From the NCBI GenBank assembly GCA_003971905.1, contig RSEE01000060.1, positions 248,001 to 312,000 of the forward strand: a stretch of 64,000 nt of DNA, read 5' to 3'. Below are positions 20,975 through 34,400 of this stretch, piece by piece (position 1 is the stretch's first letter; each line of letters begins with the position of its first letter). Below the pieces are notes generated by a model. That model was not told where the DNA came from and did no database searches. It was given only the letters and a program-made list of their open reading frames with translations. Position numbers and translations under genes: made by a program. This DNA comes from Moniliella sp. 'wahieum'. Lineage: Eukaryota.

Positions 20975-23918
20975 TCACCTCATCTTTGATGCCAGAGGAG
21001 GGATCGGCGCCTGAACCCAATGACCCCCAGGATGTTCAATGGGCGTAATCTCCTCGGGGTCGGGGTCGACCAGTGCGGCTGCCCGCACAGGATCCAGCTC
21101 CCTCAACGTCAGGTATGCCCGTAGGGCCCGCTCCACCTCAGCATCGCGCTGTGCCATCACAAGTTCCGTTTCGGCGTCCCACTCTGCCTCCGAATCCCAC
21201 CGCTCCTCCACGGGCCATCGACCAATCTGCGCAACCGCTCCCACAGACCGCCCTTGGACAGATCAATCACCACCCCTCCTTCAGGGGAATGGGTCCACGC
21301 CTCCGGATTTGTCCGCCTGTGCCTCATCCTCCGCCTCCGCCTCCTCGTGCAGCTCATCGTACAACGCCGGATCATCCTCTGGGAAACACACATCCTCTTC
21401 GGGGTGTGGGTCCAGTTCACATTCATCGGCTCCTCCAGGGGCGGGTGCACCTCCTCCGCCCCCTCCTCATTTCCCTGGCCGACAAACCGATCCCCTGAGC
21501 GATGCGGTGAAGCTCGGAGGCAATCCGTTTGATTAGCGCAAGGTCCTTGTCGTACTTGTGCACAGCGAGCAGTGCATGTTTCTGTACGTTGGTCATGCCC
21601 CCCGTCGCACCCCCTTCGCCGCCAAAGTAGGCGTCGCCACTTGCTTGCTCGTCCAACTGGGCTGTTGCGTCTTGCTCTTCCTGATCGTCCCTGGGGGCCT
21701 GGCCGGGTCGGCCCAGTGCGGTTCCAAAAGTGCTCGGAGCCGGAGCCGGGAGGTACCCCTTGCCCCTACGAGGCACGAGGAGGGATGCCCCTCTGTTGTA
21801 AACACATATTCGTCCAGAGAAATGTGAGAGGGAGGGGAAAAGAGGAGGTAATAGTACTTGAAGGTTTCGCAAACACAAACGATTCCATCGTGTCCTGCTG
21901 GACCACCGGTACCACATTCACGTCCTGTACGTGCGCAAACCCAACGGGCGTCATAGCATGGTGCACCCACGACGCAAACATTTGCCACCCCGTTCTTGCC
22001 AGATGTAATCGCCGGTAAGGCGGTACATGTACAACACCGACTCGATCGTCTCGGGCCGACCCTTGTACTCTTTGCCGGTACGTTTTACGCCAATTTGCGG
22101 GTTGCCACGCGGTTGTTCGGTTTCTGCTTGGAACCGATCGCGGTCCGTGGTGCGGAAAAAGGTGACATCTTCCGGCCCAAGTCCGGAAAGGGTAGCATTA
22201 TACGACCAATAGCACGTTTCGGTCAGCCGTTGTGCTGCTACCAAATCCTCTCGCTCTCGTTCGGGCAACAGCTTGGCGCCCAGTCCCAGCATGCTACCCG
22301 AAAGCAAGCGAGGTGCTCGAGTGTGAGGCTCAGACCGCCTTGTGGGCCATGTGCCTGGCCGACCACTAACAACGAGGTCCCCGGCACCGTTTTGATTTCG
22401 GCAAAGAGCGAGGTATGAGCGTCTCGAACGGCCGCCACATACTTTTTGCCATACATGTCCACCCGCCTCCCGTGATGTAGTGCGCCTTGATCAGATACTC
22501 GTAGTAGGAGTCGGCCATGCCGCCAAATGTATATGCGCCACTGGAGCCACTGCTTTCGGGGCGAAGGTAGGTGGGCAGCAAACTCCCCGTCTTGGCCCGT
22601 CCGCCATTTATTGGCTTGGGGAGGGAAATGTTGTGGGCGAGCCAGTCGGCGGTACCTGAACGGCAGTAAAGTAGGTCAGGTTTCCCGTCACCATCCAAAG
22701 GCGGGTGAATTCAACGACCAAGCTGCCCGCCTCGGCGAGGATGACGGTGCCAGCCGGGCCTGGGCGGACGGGGTGCCGAGCTTGAGTCGGCCGAGAGGCA
22801 CGCCACTAAATGTGGAGAACGCCGGAAGGAGCAGCTGGCCAACTCTTCGGCGCGATGGAGCATGAGCTGGTCGCCACTCAAGTCGTATGCGGCCAGCAGG
22901 CCACCCAGATACCGGATTGCCGTTTCAAACACGGGGATGCGGCCATCGGCTTGGCCATACGCGCTCCGCGCGCCACTCACTAGGGTAAAGTCAATGTCCC
23001 GCACGTGCTGGCGGCATAGGCATACTCTCGGGGAAGACCATGACCAACAAGGTGTCCAGCGCATCCACCACCGACGCGCCCCACCCATTGAAGGGGTCAG
23101 AGCTGCTGTTTGAAAGCGGACGCAGCTCGTCGTGGCCCCACGCATGGGTCTTGTACCCTTCCCAGGCGCGGATAAACGCATTGCGCACCATGCGCTGGCG
23201 CCACGCCGCCCTGCGTTCCCGTCCGGGCGACACAAGGCCACCGCCATAGCGTGTGGGATGGGGGAATGCATATTGTACCCGTGGCAGGGGAGGGCGTGGG
23301 GTACTGAGCTGCTCAAGCGGGGACGCCAGCCCTGGTAGGCACTGCCAGCGCGAAAATCTTCCCCCTCTGGCTGCTGCGGCGCGGGTAGGAAGCATGCTCA
23401 AACGCGGTGCGGCTGCCGTTGAGCAGCGGATCCCACCGGGGCGATTGCCACAGGTGAGCCGGGATGGGCCCTGCGGGCTGCGGGCGGGGAGGAGGACGAG
23501 AAGGAGCGGGTGTTCGAGAGGTGGAGGAGTGCGGGGCAACTCGCCTTGGTGCGGATTTTGGCCTGGTGGATACACGGGCGGTACGCCAGGCGCCAGGGCG
23601 GGCGGGAAGGCATTGGCGCTGACGGCGGCACATCCGACACATGTGACGCAGTTCCGGGTCAAAGGCGAGGGGTACGTCGCCCGCGGCGAAGCCGGTGGCT
23701 CCGCCGGCGGAACGGGCGCGAAGTGGGACCAGCAGGCAGATGGGCACAACGAGACACGCGAGCACGCTCAGCGCGGTGCTCCACACGTTTGCCCTGGTCG
23801 TGCGGGCGGGCGGGAATGATGGTGCTGGTGTGCGTGGCTGGTGCTGGTGCTGGTGCTGGTGCTGGGGTGGAGGCTCTGCGGCTTTTTGGTTGGGATGGTG
23901 AGGTGGAAGTGTCGGCAT
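20975..23918 (-). CDS. Glycoside hydrolase family 47 (class I alpha-1,2-mannosidase), type II membrane protein; multiple frameshifts, 3' end uncertain
   Basis: N-terminal TM (ALSVLACLVVPICLLV); AWEGYKTHAWGHDELRP, GWGASVVDALDTL, VFETAIRYLGGLLAAYDLS, GGMADSYYEYLIK, EHLACF, RPETIESVLYMYRLTGD, DTMESF, ETFKYYYLLF, YVFTTEGHP. Confidence 0.95.
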
Positions 23919-24137
23919 CCTCTTGCCACTTCCACGGCGGCGATGCGGGAGCAGCGACCATGGCCGTCGTCGTCGTCGATGGGAAGCGCACCCACGGCGT
24001 TTGGAGAATGGCTCGATTGCGAGATAATGGAGGCCCCATTATTTCCACGTGGCCGCGCCTGACGTAACCGCACGTGATGGTGGTGGTGGCCGGTCCACAA
24101 CACCGCCACCACCACCACCACCATCACGCTCGACTCA

Positions 24138-25692
24138 ATGCTGGCAGCCTGCATGCGCTGGCCGATGCCTGCCTCGTCTCGCCCTCCGCAGAGAGCCTCG
24201 ACACGCTCGCGACGCGCATCCGCTCCGATCCCACCGCCGCCGCCACAAACCTCCCGCGCCCCCTGCGCCCCAGCTCGCCACCGCTCTCCTACACGCCGCC
24301 CCGCCGCCGCCCCGGAGTGCTGCACTTGCGTTGCTCAGGAGCTTACACGCTTGCCCCAAGGGACTTCCCCGCTCGCCAATGCCGATGCCATCGACATCCT
24401 CATTCGCGACACCTTGCCTCTTACCCGCCACGACCCCCCGGCGAGCGACTGGGTAGTGGCCGATGGCGCCTCCGCATCTTGAACAACATCCTCCTCCTCC
24501 TCCCCGATGCCCGCGCCCACCTTGCCCCGCATGGCCCCCATTTCTTTTCCATTTTACCGCCTCCACCTCCACCTCGAATCCCAGGGGGAGCCGGCAGATC
24601 CAGATACCTCCAACCCAAGGCTCTCGAGGCGCTTTTCCTGGCCGCCCGCATCCTCTTTCTCGGCACAGTGCACGACTCCTTTCTCGCCTCCACGCTCATC
24701 CACGACCTACCTACTTTTACTCGCACCCTCCATGCGCTTGCCCACCTTCCCAGCGGGCCGCGGGACGTACCCCTGTCCGAATGTCTCCGATTGCTGTTCA
24801 ACCTCTCTCTCCACCATCCTGACGCGGATTGGATCCCGCTGCTGTACCTGGTCGCCGACCTCCTCCCTGGCTTGACGGTGGGGCTCAAAAAAGGGCAGGT
24901 TGTCGCACCGCTCAGCTCAGCAGTCAACGCACTGCTCAACCTTCCCCTGGCCTCGCTCCCGTTGAAGACGGGTGCCCAAGGTACTCCCGAGCGTACTTCT
25001 CTTGCTCGAGCAGGCCCTTGTCCGGTACTTTGCTTTGGACCCATCGACGTTGCGTGCGGTCATCCCCACGAGTGCATGGGAAGAAGATGGGTTGCCGTCG
25101 GATGGCTTGGTTCCACTATTTTCTCTAGTACGGCAATTGGCGTTACCCGTCTTCGCATGCCTATATCAAGCGTGGTTCCCGGCTACATTGGACCGTAGTG
25201 TGCCATTACGGGATGGGACGGGGTACCATGCAATCTTGGTGCGTCTCTTGGCCGATTCGAACCACATGGCAGCGGTGGGGGGCATGCTGCTTGTTGCTCG
25301 ACGGGCCGCAGGATTGGTCGACACACTCGGGTACGGGGCCAGTGCTGGCTTTCTCCTTGCGGCCGGATTGGCCGGGGAGGTGGTGCCGGGTCTGAACACC
25401 GAGGGACGGGATCGATCCGATCACAGCGGCTGCGCCACTTGCCTCGCAGGGCGGGGTGGGGGGGCACGGGCATGTCGGAAGCCGAAGCGGCGGAGGAGGC
25501 GGCACGGGTGATGGGGCTGCTAACCAACTGAACCAAACGGGCGTGGTCTCTGTCGATACGCAGGCCATCCGGGCCGAGGGGGAGAGGCACGAAGCGTGGG
25601 AGCAGGAGAGCGAAGCGCGTGGAGGAAGAGGATAGAAAAGAGGAGGAAGCTCTGCGGAGTTGCAAGCGTACAAGGATCGCAAGCGGGCCTAA
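24138..25692 (+). CDS. RIC8: Ric8/synembryn-like G-alpha GEF/chaperone (frameshifted, end approximate)
   Basis: LRILNNILLL, LFLAARILFLGT, LSECLRLLFNL, SAVNALLNL, LDRSVPL, LVDTLGYGASAGFL, IDPIT and MSEAEAAEEAARVMGLL..LNQTGVV match conserved Ric8 motifs (GYGxAxGFL, xPITG, MTxEEKEREAERL). Confidence 0.82.
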
Positions 25693-26192
25693 GAAAATGA
25701 ACCATGAGAGAAAGAAAATGGGTCGAGTGGCATATCAGCCTGTCTGGAGGGGGGCGTTTAGTTTAGTGTGGGTCTGCACTTGTTGTTGGTTGCATATGCC
25801 AGTCTGTACGTTAACCTGGAATGCTTTTACCTGTGTGGGTACCCTAGATGAGGTCAGGCTGATCGGATTGGACTGCCTTCACTATCAATCACTTCGCCTG
25901 CAACGAAGACCTGCCTCTTCGTCTCCCTGCCCAGCCAGTAGAATGCTCGGAATATAACAGACTGATGGGCAGCAGCAGGCCTCCGAAACCCGCAGCCGAG
26001 ACGACTACTAAGCAGGCTCTCCCAATGCCAACGCTAACCCCAACCCCAACACCCCCTCCCCGCTGGGGTCACAGCCCCCCATCAGTGTGGCTATAAGCGA
26101 CCTTTGCTTCCGATTGCCGAACCCCTGTTCTGATGGCGTGTTTGCATTTTCCCTTGGATGCGTCAGTCCAATCGAACCGCTCTGCCACCACC

Positions 26193-28353
26193 ATGGACAG
26201 CCACGCTCCGCTGCCTCGGGCGCGCATTCGTCGGCCTGATGAGGGGCCGCGCCGGCCCCTCTGCACTGCCAGCGAAACCGAACTGGAACCTCTTCAGCCG
26301 CCCCCTTCCCCGCCCCTGCGCCGTTGCTCTTCCTCAGCAGACTCCCACCTATCGTGATGCAGTTCCATGGCCTCCTCTCTTCGCGCACGGCCTCCGGTCT
26401 CCTCCACGCGCTCTCGGTCGTCTCCCTCTTTCTGCAGAAGGAGCGGGACCTCCTGCAGTACCCCCACCCACCTTGGTTTCAGCAAGCAACCCAGAAACGT
26501 ATTGAGCTGTTGGTCACGCTCAAAGCGGACTTGAGCCGCATGCACCAACGCTTTTCCCTCGAACACAGGGACGAGGAGCACTTATCCTTCGAACCAACTG
26601 CCCGCCCGTGAGCGAGATGGACAATATTCCTAGCAGGAAGTCACCGTGGCGTCGGTGGACCCCTGCTCCATCCATGCGTCAGCAGGACGGCCTGGGCTAC
26701 TCCCGACCATTAGGAGAGCCGTACTTTCCCGTCTCCCTGCTTCCCATCTACCGTCGTCGTTCTCCCCACCCCCACTTTTATCGTTCCCTATTTTGGACCA
26801 ACAAGGCCGAGTGGAAGAACCTGGGGTGCAAGACGACGGAACTCTTCCCGCATCTGCACCTCTTCCTCCGGATGCCCCGCGCCTGCCACATGCCAAGCCC
26901 CCCAAGCGGAGGAAGAAAAAGAACAAAACCAAAAAGCGAAAGAGAGTTTCACTGAGTTCTGGGCCCTGTGCAGCGCCCCTCCCCCGTGAAGGAGAAAGCG
27001 ATGATGCCGCCTCCCGGAGGGAAAAAGTCAAAGCATTATGATCAAACCAAAGGACAAGTCCTCTTTGCCGGAGATCGATGAGATGAGTATGGTTCGTCCC
27101 GAAGACAAGCCCAAGCCAGAGAACAGATCCTCCCCCGCTAGAGTGCCCATATGCGAGCCAGCACCCAAGTTGGAAGAGTCGCCCGTGCCTACTGGGGCTG
27201 CGGATGACCTTCCGGCTTCTCCTCTCCCTGTGATGCCAGACGGGAGGTTCTTCCCTCATCTAGTGTGACATCGGATCCGGCGGCTCTGATGAGCAGCCAC
27301 CCACCTATGCCCAAACCCAAAAAGTGTGGAGCAAAAAGGAAAAATCCAAGTCCAAGTCCAAGCAACAGAGGCACCCTCCCTCTTCAGGCCCATCCGCACC
27401 CATTGGGGCAGATCCGAGAAGGTTTGCTGCCCTTGATGTCTCTGCTGTGGAGGAGGACGTTCCACGGATTTCAAATCAAGATGGGGAGCCGACTCTCGAT
27501 GATGTTGGCAATCTTTTGGATGGCCCTCTCGCCGCTATCGCCATATCCCCCAAGCAGCAAGACGTGGGGTGTCAGCGGAACCTTCACCTCACCAGAGTCA
27601 TGATCACAGTCCTTCAATAGACGAGCACTTGCACGGACATTAGTCCAGACAATCATGTCCCTCCCTCGCGTTCGCGGAAGCACATAAGTAACTGTGGCTC
27701 TCCATCACCACAGCCCCTTCAGTCTCCTGCGTCCGTTACGATGATGAACTCTGCTGTGGTTCTCTCTCGTCAGCCGTCCTTGGGGAGCCCTAGTCTCTCC
27801 AGTAGATTCAGTACATGGTCGTACGCCGAAACGTCGAAGTGGATGATCACGCGGACTACCGTGGGCACTCGTTCGTCCCCTCCTCGCCGCCTCCGCTGAT
27901 CAAGTTGCCTTCATCCCCACAGTCTTTGGCAGACGGGGGTGGGCCGCCGGCCCTCGTCACGCGGCGACGCACGGCGTCCCTCCCTTCTCTTCCTCTCTGT
28001 GTACATGAACCAGTGCAACGCATCTTACCGCAGGCCATCGCCATCGCCTGTTGGGGTGCTCCAACATTCCTTGTCCCCTGAGCTTCTCGTCGCTCCGAAC
28101 GAACTTCATCTCGAAGAAGAGGGGGTGGGTAACACCGATCGTGTGGCTGCCCACGGAGCCCCCCTGGGATCGGTGGGTGGTGCCTTCCCCGCCGGGCCTC
28201 CAGCCCCTTCCCTTCGCCAGCGCCGCCAGGGAGGATTGGCATACTCTGAGCCCCCCTACCCCCGCCTCCAGAGACGAGTGGATAACCATCCCTACGCAGT
28301 ACTACAGGTACCTTGTCCACTGGAGTTCTCTCGCCCGGGGGACGCCTTATTGA
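26193..28353 (+). other. Possible orphan low-complexity protein gene or pseudogene
   Basis: Chain of overlapping plus-strand ORF fragments with Pro/Ser-rich and basic segments (KPPKRRKKKNKTKKRKR); no family recognised. Confidence 0.3.
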
Positions 28354-29436
28354 GCTGTGCGTGTCCCAAGTTGAGTAGCAGTATAGTCCCCTATACATCC
28401 GCCTGGCACTTCCCCCGCATTACTTTGTATCCAATCCTCTTACCGATTAAGGATGTGAACCGATGGGTACACCTGGTACATTCCACACGTTGGGTGGTCC
28501 TGGGGATCACTAGTCACTACTTACTATAGTACGTGTACCTGGTAAACGTATCAGTGTCACCTGTCAAGCGTAGTAGGTACTACTAGTACGCGTATAGGAC
28601 TTGAACACTTTCCGTTTTGTGTTGGTACATAGCAAGCACTGAGCTGTAGGGGGGCAAGCTGTAGGGGGGCATAAGGGACCGATCCCTGAGCCGGGCCTCA
28701 GCCGTGAGGCCGGAGGAATCGAGAGAATCTATCGGATTGGAGGGATTGGAGGGATTGGAGGGATGGGAGGAATCCGAGGAATCATCAATCGGAATCAGAA
28801 GAGGTACTGCAGTACCCGGGCCAGCGCGTCCACTGACTACATTCAAATACATTCCAAACTATCATGCTACTGAGCAAATATCGTCCCATCATGGTCTCCT
28901 CCTCTCTTCGGGTCTGGTCTCGTTTCTTCTGCTCTGGTCTAGCCTTCTGTCCTCGCATCTGGCTTAGGCGGTCTGTGGTCTGTGAGACGACTATCTGATA
29001 AGACGCCGCGAGTGCCGCTTCAAACCGACGAAAAAGGAGGTAAGTCAAATCAAATGAATGTTCAACGAGCGTTCAACGACAAGCGCGCCCGTAAGCGCGT
29101 AACTGCTCGCACTACCCTTCAGCAATGCACGAATGGGATGAGCATTCCAATGGACGGGGTGGGCATGCCAATGGATGAGGTTGCAGGTTGTGGGTTGCGG
29201 GTTGCGGGTTGCGGGTCTGCACCTCCAGGGTGAGTCCCACTTAAGGCGACAAGTTCGAGAAACGGAGCAATTTCCCAGGTTCCGCCCACACTACACTTGC
29301 CCTGATGTAGCCCTTTGCACTTCCGGCTGCCTTTGCCCATCTGCAACGAGGGAGGCAGTGCCTGACCGAGTGAAGATGAAGATGGAGACTAGGCGTATTG
29401 GGGTAGATGGGTGATAGTGGTCGTATGCGCACCGGC

Positions 29437-30984
29437 TCAATACGGTTTGCGTGGGGCAAAGTGAAGTTTGCCGCGTCCCATATCGTAGCCCACGACGACG
29501 GAGCGTTGCCAGACGGCGCCTAAGATCATGGCGTCGCTATTGGGATGGCCACCACTGGCAATGGCGCTGAAAACAGTATGCGGCACCGGGCAAGCCAGTC
29601 AATTGGCGTACGATCATATCGCGTCGATCCATGGGCCACTGTTTTCCACCAAACCCAACGATACCTCGGGCACCCGCGCATCGCACTCCACCGTCCAGTA
29701 CTCTTTGTCCTTGCCGTACGGCTTGGCCGGGGGGTCGAACAGCGCATTGATCCGGTGCGCCGCGGCAGTGGGGACAAACGTGGCGGCGGTGCCCGAGTCG
29801 ACGACGATACTTTGGTAGGTTGAGCTGTTTTGGTTGGCGCGTTTGGGGGAGGCGTGGTGCGTGGTGTGATAGTGGGTCCACGAGTTGGGACCGTGATTGG
29901 GACCGGTCTGGTTGGGCGCACGCCAAGAGAGGGTATGACTCAGTGCGTACAAGGTCAAGTTGCCCGGTTGCGACACGGTTTCTTCAATGGCGACGGTGGT
30001 GAGGGGAGGAGTGTAGAGGGAGGAAGGGACCAGACCGCCCAAGGCAAGTACCCCGGCAGGTTCGGATCTCGACGCATTCTCGGGCACGCGGTCAATCGCG
30101 AGGGTGAACAGGCCTGGTAAAGGAGAAAAAAAAAGAAAAAATGTGGTGTCAGCATACGCGGTGGACCGAGTAACATCAAGATAGAGATGGCGGAGGGGCA
30201 GAGAGAGGAGAACAAGATAAAAGAGAGATAACCAACGAACCTTCCTTGACCGCGCCTTGCTTGGTCATGGTAACAAACACGGGATCGTAGTGCGCCTGCG
30301 CACCGGACGTTTTGAAGGCACTCGTCAATGGCGGATAGGCCATGCCTACCAATCCGGACGTGTAGCCATCGCCGACAAAGGAGGAACGGTTGACCAGGGC
30401 GACCTTGGTCCGGTCCAAAGTGACCCGCCGAGGGAGAGCCCACTCCAGCCGATTTCGCCATGCAAGTGCTCGCCTTCGGGGAAATAATCGATATCAAAGT
30501 CTTCCGACGGAATGGGAGCAAAGTTGCCTCGGTTTCGATGGTACGCGGACCCACCGACACTCGGACGGCTGGGTGGGGCGATGGCTTTTCATGCTGACGC
30601 AGGTAAATCCAGACTCGACAACAAACGTGTCGGAACTGCCCGTGTCGAGGTAGTGCTGGAGCACTTGGTCGCCGCCAGGGCCCGGCCAGGTGACATTGAC
30701 TACGGGGTACACGCCGGCAAAGGCGGTGCCGAGGGTGCTGTCCTCGGGTGCGCCCGCGCCGGCGCGGCGGGGGGTGGTTGTGGCGGGTTTATGGTGGTTG
30801 TGGGGGGCGGGGCGGGGCGAGCGGAGGCGATGGCGGAGGTGGGAGCTGAGGTGGTTGGGGCGGGGTGCGGGAAGAGGGGCAGGGGGTGTGGGGGGCGTGA
30901 GGCAGGGCGTCGGTGGCGGGCGGGCGGCGGCGGGCGGGGGCGAGGAGGGGAGGGGGCGAGGAAGGCGAGGAGGGGCGTGCGCAT
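29437..30984 (-). CDS. Pepsin-like (A1) aspartic protease, probably secreted or vacuolar
   Basis: Catalytic motifs YLDTGSSDTFV and VVDSGTAATFV, SGLVGMAYP, and C-terminal ILGAVWQRSVVVGYDMGRGKLHFA. Intron 30114-30240 (GTTCGT...GCTGAC...CAG). Short hydrophobic N-terminus. Confidence 0.92.
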
Positions 30985-31494
30985 GGCGGCCACGGAAAGA
31001 GGTGGGGGGGAGGGGAGGGGAGGGGAGGGGAGGTGGTGGTGGTGGTGGTTGCGAGCAAATGCTGGAATGCGCATCCCTGATCGGGCAGGCGGGCGGGCGG
31101 GAACATGTGACGTGATTGTGACGCCACATGCGGGCTCGCGGGGGCAGGGGGGCAGTGTGGGGGCAGGTGCTCTGCGGTGGCGCCCACGTCGCTCCCCGCC
31201 GCAGCGACAGCGCTGGCATTTAGACTGCCTATGCATGATGCATGGCGGGCCGGTGACGAGCAGCGATCGACGGTTGACGCTAAAAATCTACTCGTCCTGA
31301 TTGATATTCGATGCTCCACCACGCCGATTAGATTTCAGACGGCGGTGCTGCATCTCAGTCTCAGATCCCAGCCCTAACCCTACGCCACCCACGTGACGCC
31401 TGCCCCGTGCCAGCTGCCGCCAGCCCCAAACCCTACGCCCCGGAGCATCCAGTCCACCCCCCCACTCCACTTCACCCCCACCACCGCCATCGCC

Positions 31495-34400
31495 ATGTCG
31501 CGGCCCTCGGCTGCGCCCGGCAGCGGCGCCCCCCGCCCCAGCCCGCCCCCCCCGCCGCACCCTCCCGCCCCGCACCCAGGTCATCGTCGGCCGCCACATC
31601 GTCTCCGTCGTCGCTCCTCGCCGACGGCGGCTTTGCCCATGTCTACCTCGTCGCCTCCAAGCAGCCCATCCCCATCCCGACATGGACTCCCACGCCGCCC
31701 CCTCCTCCGCCCGCCACCACCCTCGTCCTCAAGCACATCGCTGTCCCCGACAAACCCTCCCTCGCCCATGTCCGCGCCGAGGTTGAGGCGAATGTACGTC
31801 CCCTCTCCCTCTCTCTCTCTCTCTCTCCTCCCCATCCCATCCACCCACCGCTCACCCTCCCCCTCTCCTCTCCCTCTCCCTCTCCCTCAGCGCAGCCTGC
31901 GCGGCCACACCCACATTGTCACTTGTCGAGGCATCCGCCACTGCACTCCCCAGTGGCGCCGGGTACGAGGTGTTTATCCTCATGGAGTACTGCAGCGGCG
32001 GCGGTCTGCTCGACCTGATGAATGCCCATCTGCACGACCGCCTGCCCGAATCCCAGATCTCCATATTTTGCCGACGTGTGTCAAGCCTGGCGGTCATGCA
32101 CCACCTTTCCCCCCCGCTGCTGCACCGCGACCTCAAGATTGAAAATGTGCTCATTGCCCCGGCCCCCGCGGACGATCCGCGCCGTGGGCCCATCTACAAG
32201 TTGGCCGACTTTGGCTCCACCGTTCCGCTCCTTTCCCGGAACCCGCCACGTCCCTGGCGCAAGTAAAAGAGCTGGAGCAAGACTTGAACCGGGCCACAAC
32301 GCTACAGTACCGTGCGCCCGAGATGGTGGACCTAAGCCAACGCAAACCGATTGATGAAAAGGCGGATGTATGGGCCATGGGCGTGTTCCTCTACAAGCTC
32401 TGTTACTTTACCACACCCTTTGAAGGACCGGAGGTGGGGCGCTGGCCATCGCGAATGCCCGCTACCGGTTCCCATCGTTTCCTCGGTACACGGATCAGAC
32501 CAAGGCGTTGATTGGGTGGATGCTGCAAAAACGAGGGGAAGATCGGCCGACGGTGGACCAGCTCATCGTGCGCGCGTTCCATCTGAGGGGGTTGCATCCG
32601 CCTTCCTTGACGCAGAGGTACGTCCGCCTTGCGCTCGAAAGCTCCTCCCACCCAGCCCGACCGACAGGGACGTCCCATGTGCCCCTCCCCCTAGAGATGG
32701 AGATGGAGATGGAGATGGGTGTCGCGGGACAGTGGACGTCCCTGCGCCAAGGCCAGCCAGCCAAGGATCCATCGCTTATTTCAGCCCGATCGCCTCGCCC
32801 TCCCACTCGCATGGCACCCCTCGCACCTCTTCCACTCTCTTCCGCTCCCGCATCTGCATCCATGTCCCCTTCCTTCCTTGATGACGCGGCAACGCGCTTT
32901 CCTACGCTGGACCAGCTTGACGCTTCGATTTCCCATGTATCGGTCCCTGCTGCAGCAGGAGCAAAAGGACCTCTTCTTTCCACCTCGGCCTCCCCCTCCT
33001 CTCCACCCTCTAGGGCCTCGACGGCCTCGAAGCCAATCCCCCCGCGTTCTACGTCGTCTACATCCACCCCTGCCCTTACCGCTCATCCCGCTCCGAATTC
33101 AACTCCGCCATCTACATCCGCAGCTATATCCCGTCCATACCCACATCCGGACCTCCTGCTTCCTCTCGCCCCTCACACATCCCGCACGGATCGGTTTCGA
33201 TCCGAGACCGTTGGCCGCCGCTGCGGAGGAAGAGCGGAACCTGAACCGGAACGGGAGCAGGAGCAGAAGTGGGAGCGGGAGCGGGAACGGGAGCAGAAAC
33301 GAAAGCAGGAGCGGAAGCAGCGTTTCGAGGTTAGGTGCGGCGTCCATGGGCGACAGCACCATCTTGCTACCTCCAAATGGGACTGGAAAGGGAGCGCAAA
33401 ATGCTGCTCACAATGGGACATACCCAATCCCTCCTCTTCTGCGTCTGCTTCTTCCAAGATGGAGAGGATGGGACCAACCACGGGAGAGAAAGGTGAGAGC
33501 TTGAGCGGGACCGAGAAGGAGCACACGACACGAACGCGACCGCGACCGCGACCGAGAAGGAGAAGGAAAACGGACCGCTCGAGGCGCCGGCGCAAGATTG
33601 GTTGACCGGATCGGAAGATGTGTTGGGAGATACCTGTCCTCAGCTCCCATTGAGGCCGATGGGACTTTACTCAGGCCACGCAGCTCAGCACGCAGCTCGC
33701 CCCCGCTGGCTGTCCACTCTTCTTCCCCTGCCCACGATGTCTCCCCTTCCGACCGCGAGCCAGAAAGTAGCGATGACGACCTCCCGCCCGAACCTGCTGA
33801 GGGGAACCCATATTCCCGCCCGCAACGTGTACCTGTACCTGTATCTGTTCCTGCTACCATCTCACCTATGGGCGATATCTCTTATCCCCTGGAGGGGCAA
33901 GCAACGGGGCAGAGGAAGGGCAAGCGGAGCGGGATCTGGATCCGGAGCGTGTCTCCCCTCCGAGCCGCAAGAGAGAGGACAGTTTCGACCTGTACCTGCG
34001 TGTGGAACCGGAAGATGAGATGGACTTGGCCTTGATTGAAGGTCGTATCCCATCTGGATCGTATCCTTTATCTTCTTGGTCTGTTCCCGACTCATGGGCT
34101 CCTCTGCACTGCCAGCCTCGTCTGCCATACCCGCACGGGCACGGACGCCACCGAGTGCTGAAGCAGTTGCGCTCGCGCACAAATTAGGTGTGCTCACGGG
34201 TACCCCGATGCCACCTGTCTCGCCTCGTGGGACGGGATGGGCGGGCCGAGCGTACGAGACAGAGGGCACCATGAGGTCACTGCACCGTCCTCATCTTCAC
34301 CGACACCAAGTGCCCCAGTGGCATTGCCTTCAGGACAAGGCGCGCCGCCGCCGCCGCCGTCGCCACCGAGGACGACATCGATGGCGACAACGATCAAGGT

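Noticed and set aside
26034..26056. Telomere-like CTAACCCCAACCCC (also CCCTAACCCTA at ~31372)
   Set aside because: Fewer than two perfect TTAGGG units, compatible with chance in C-rich DNA.
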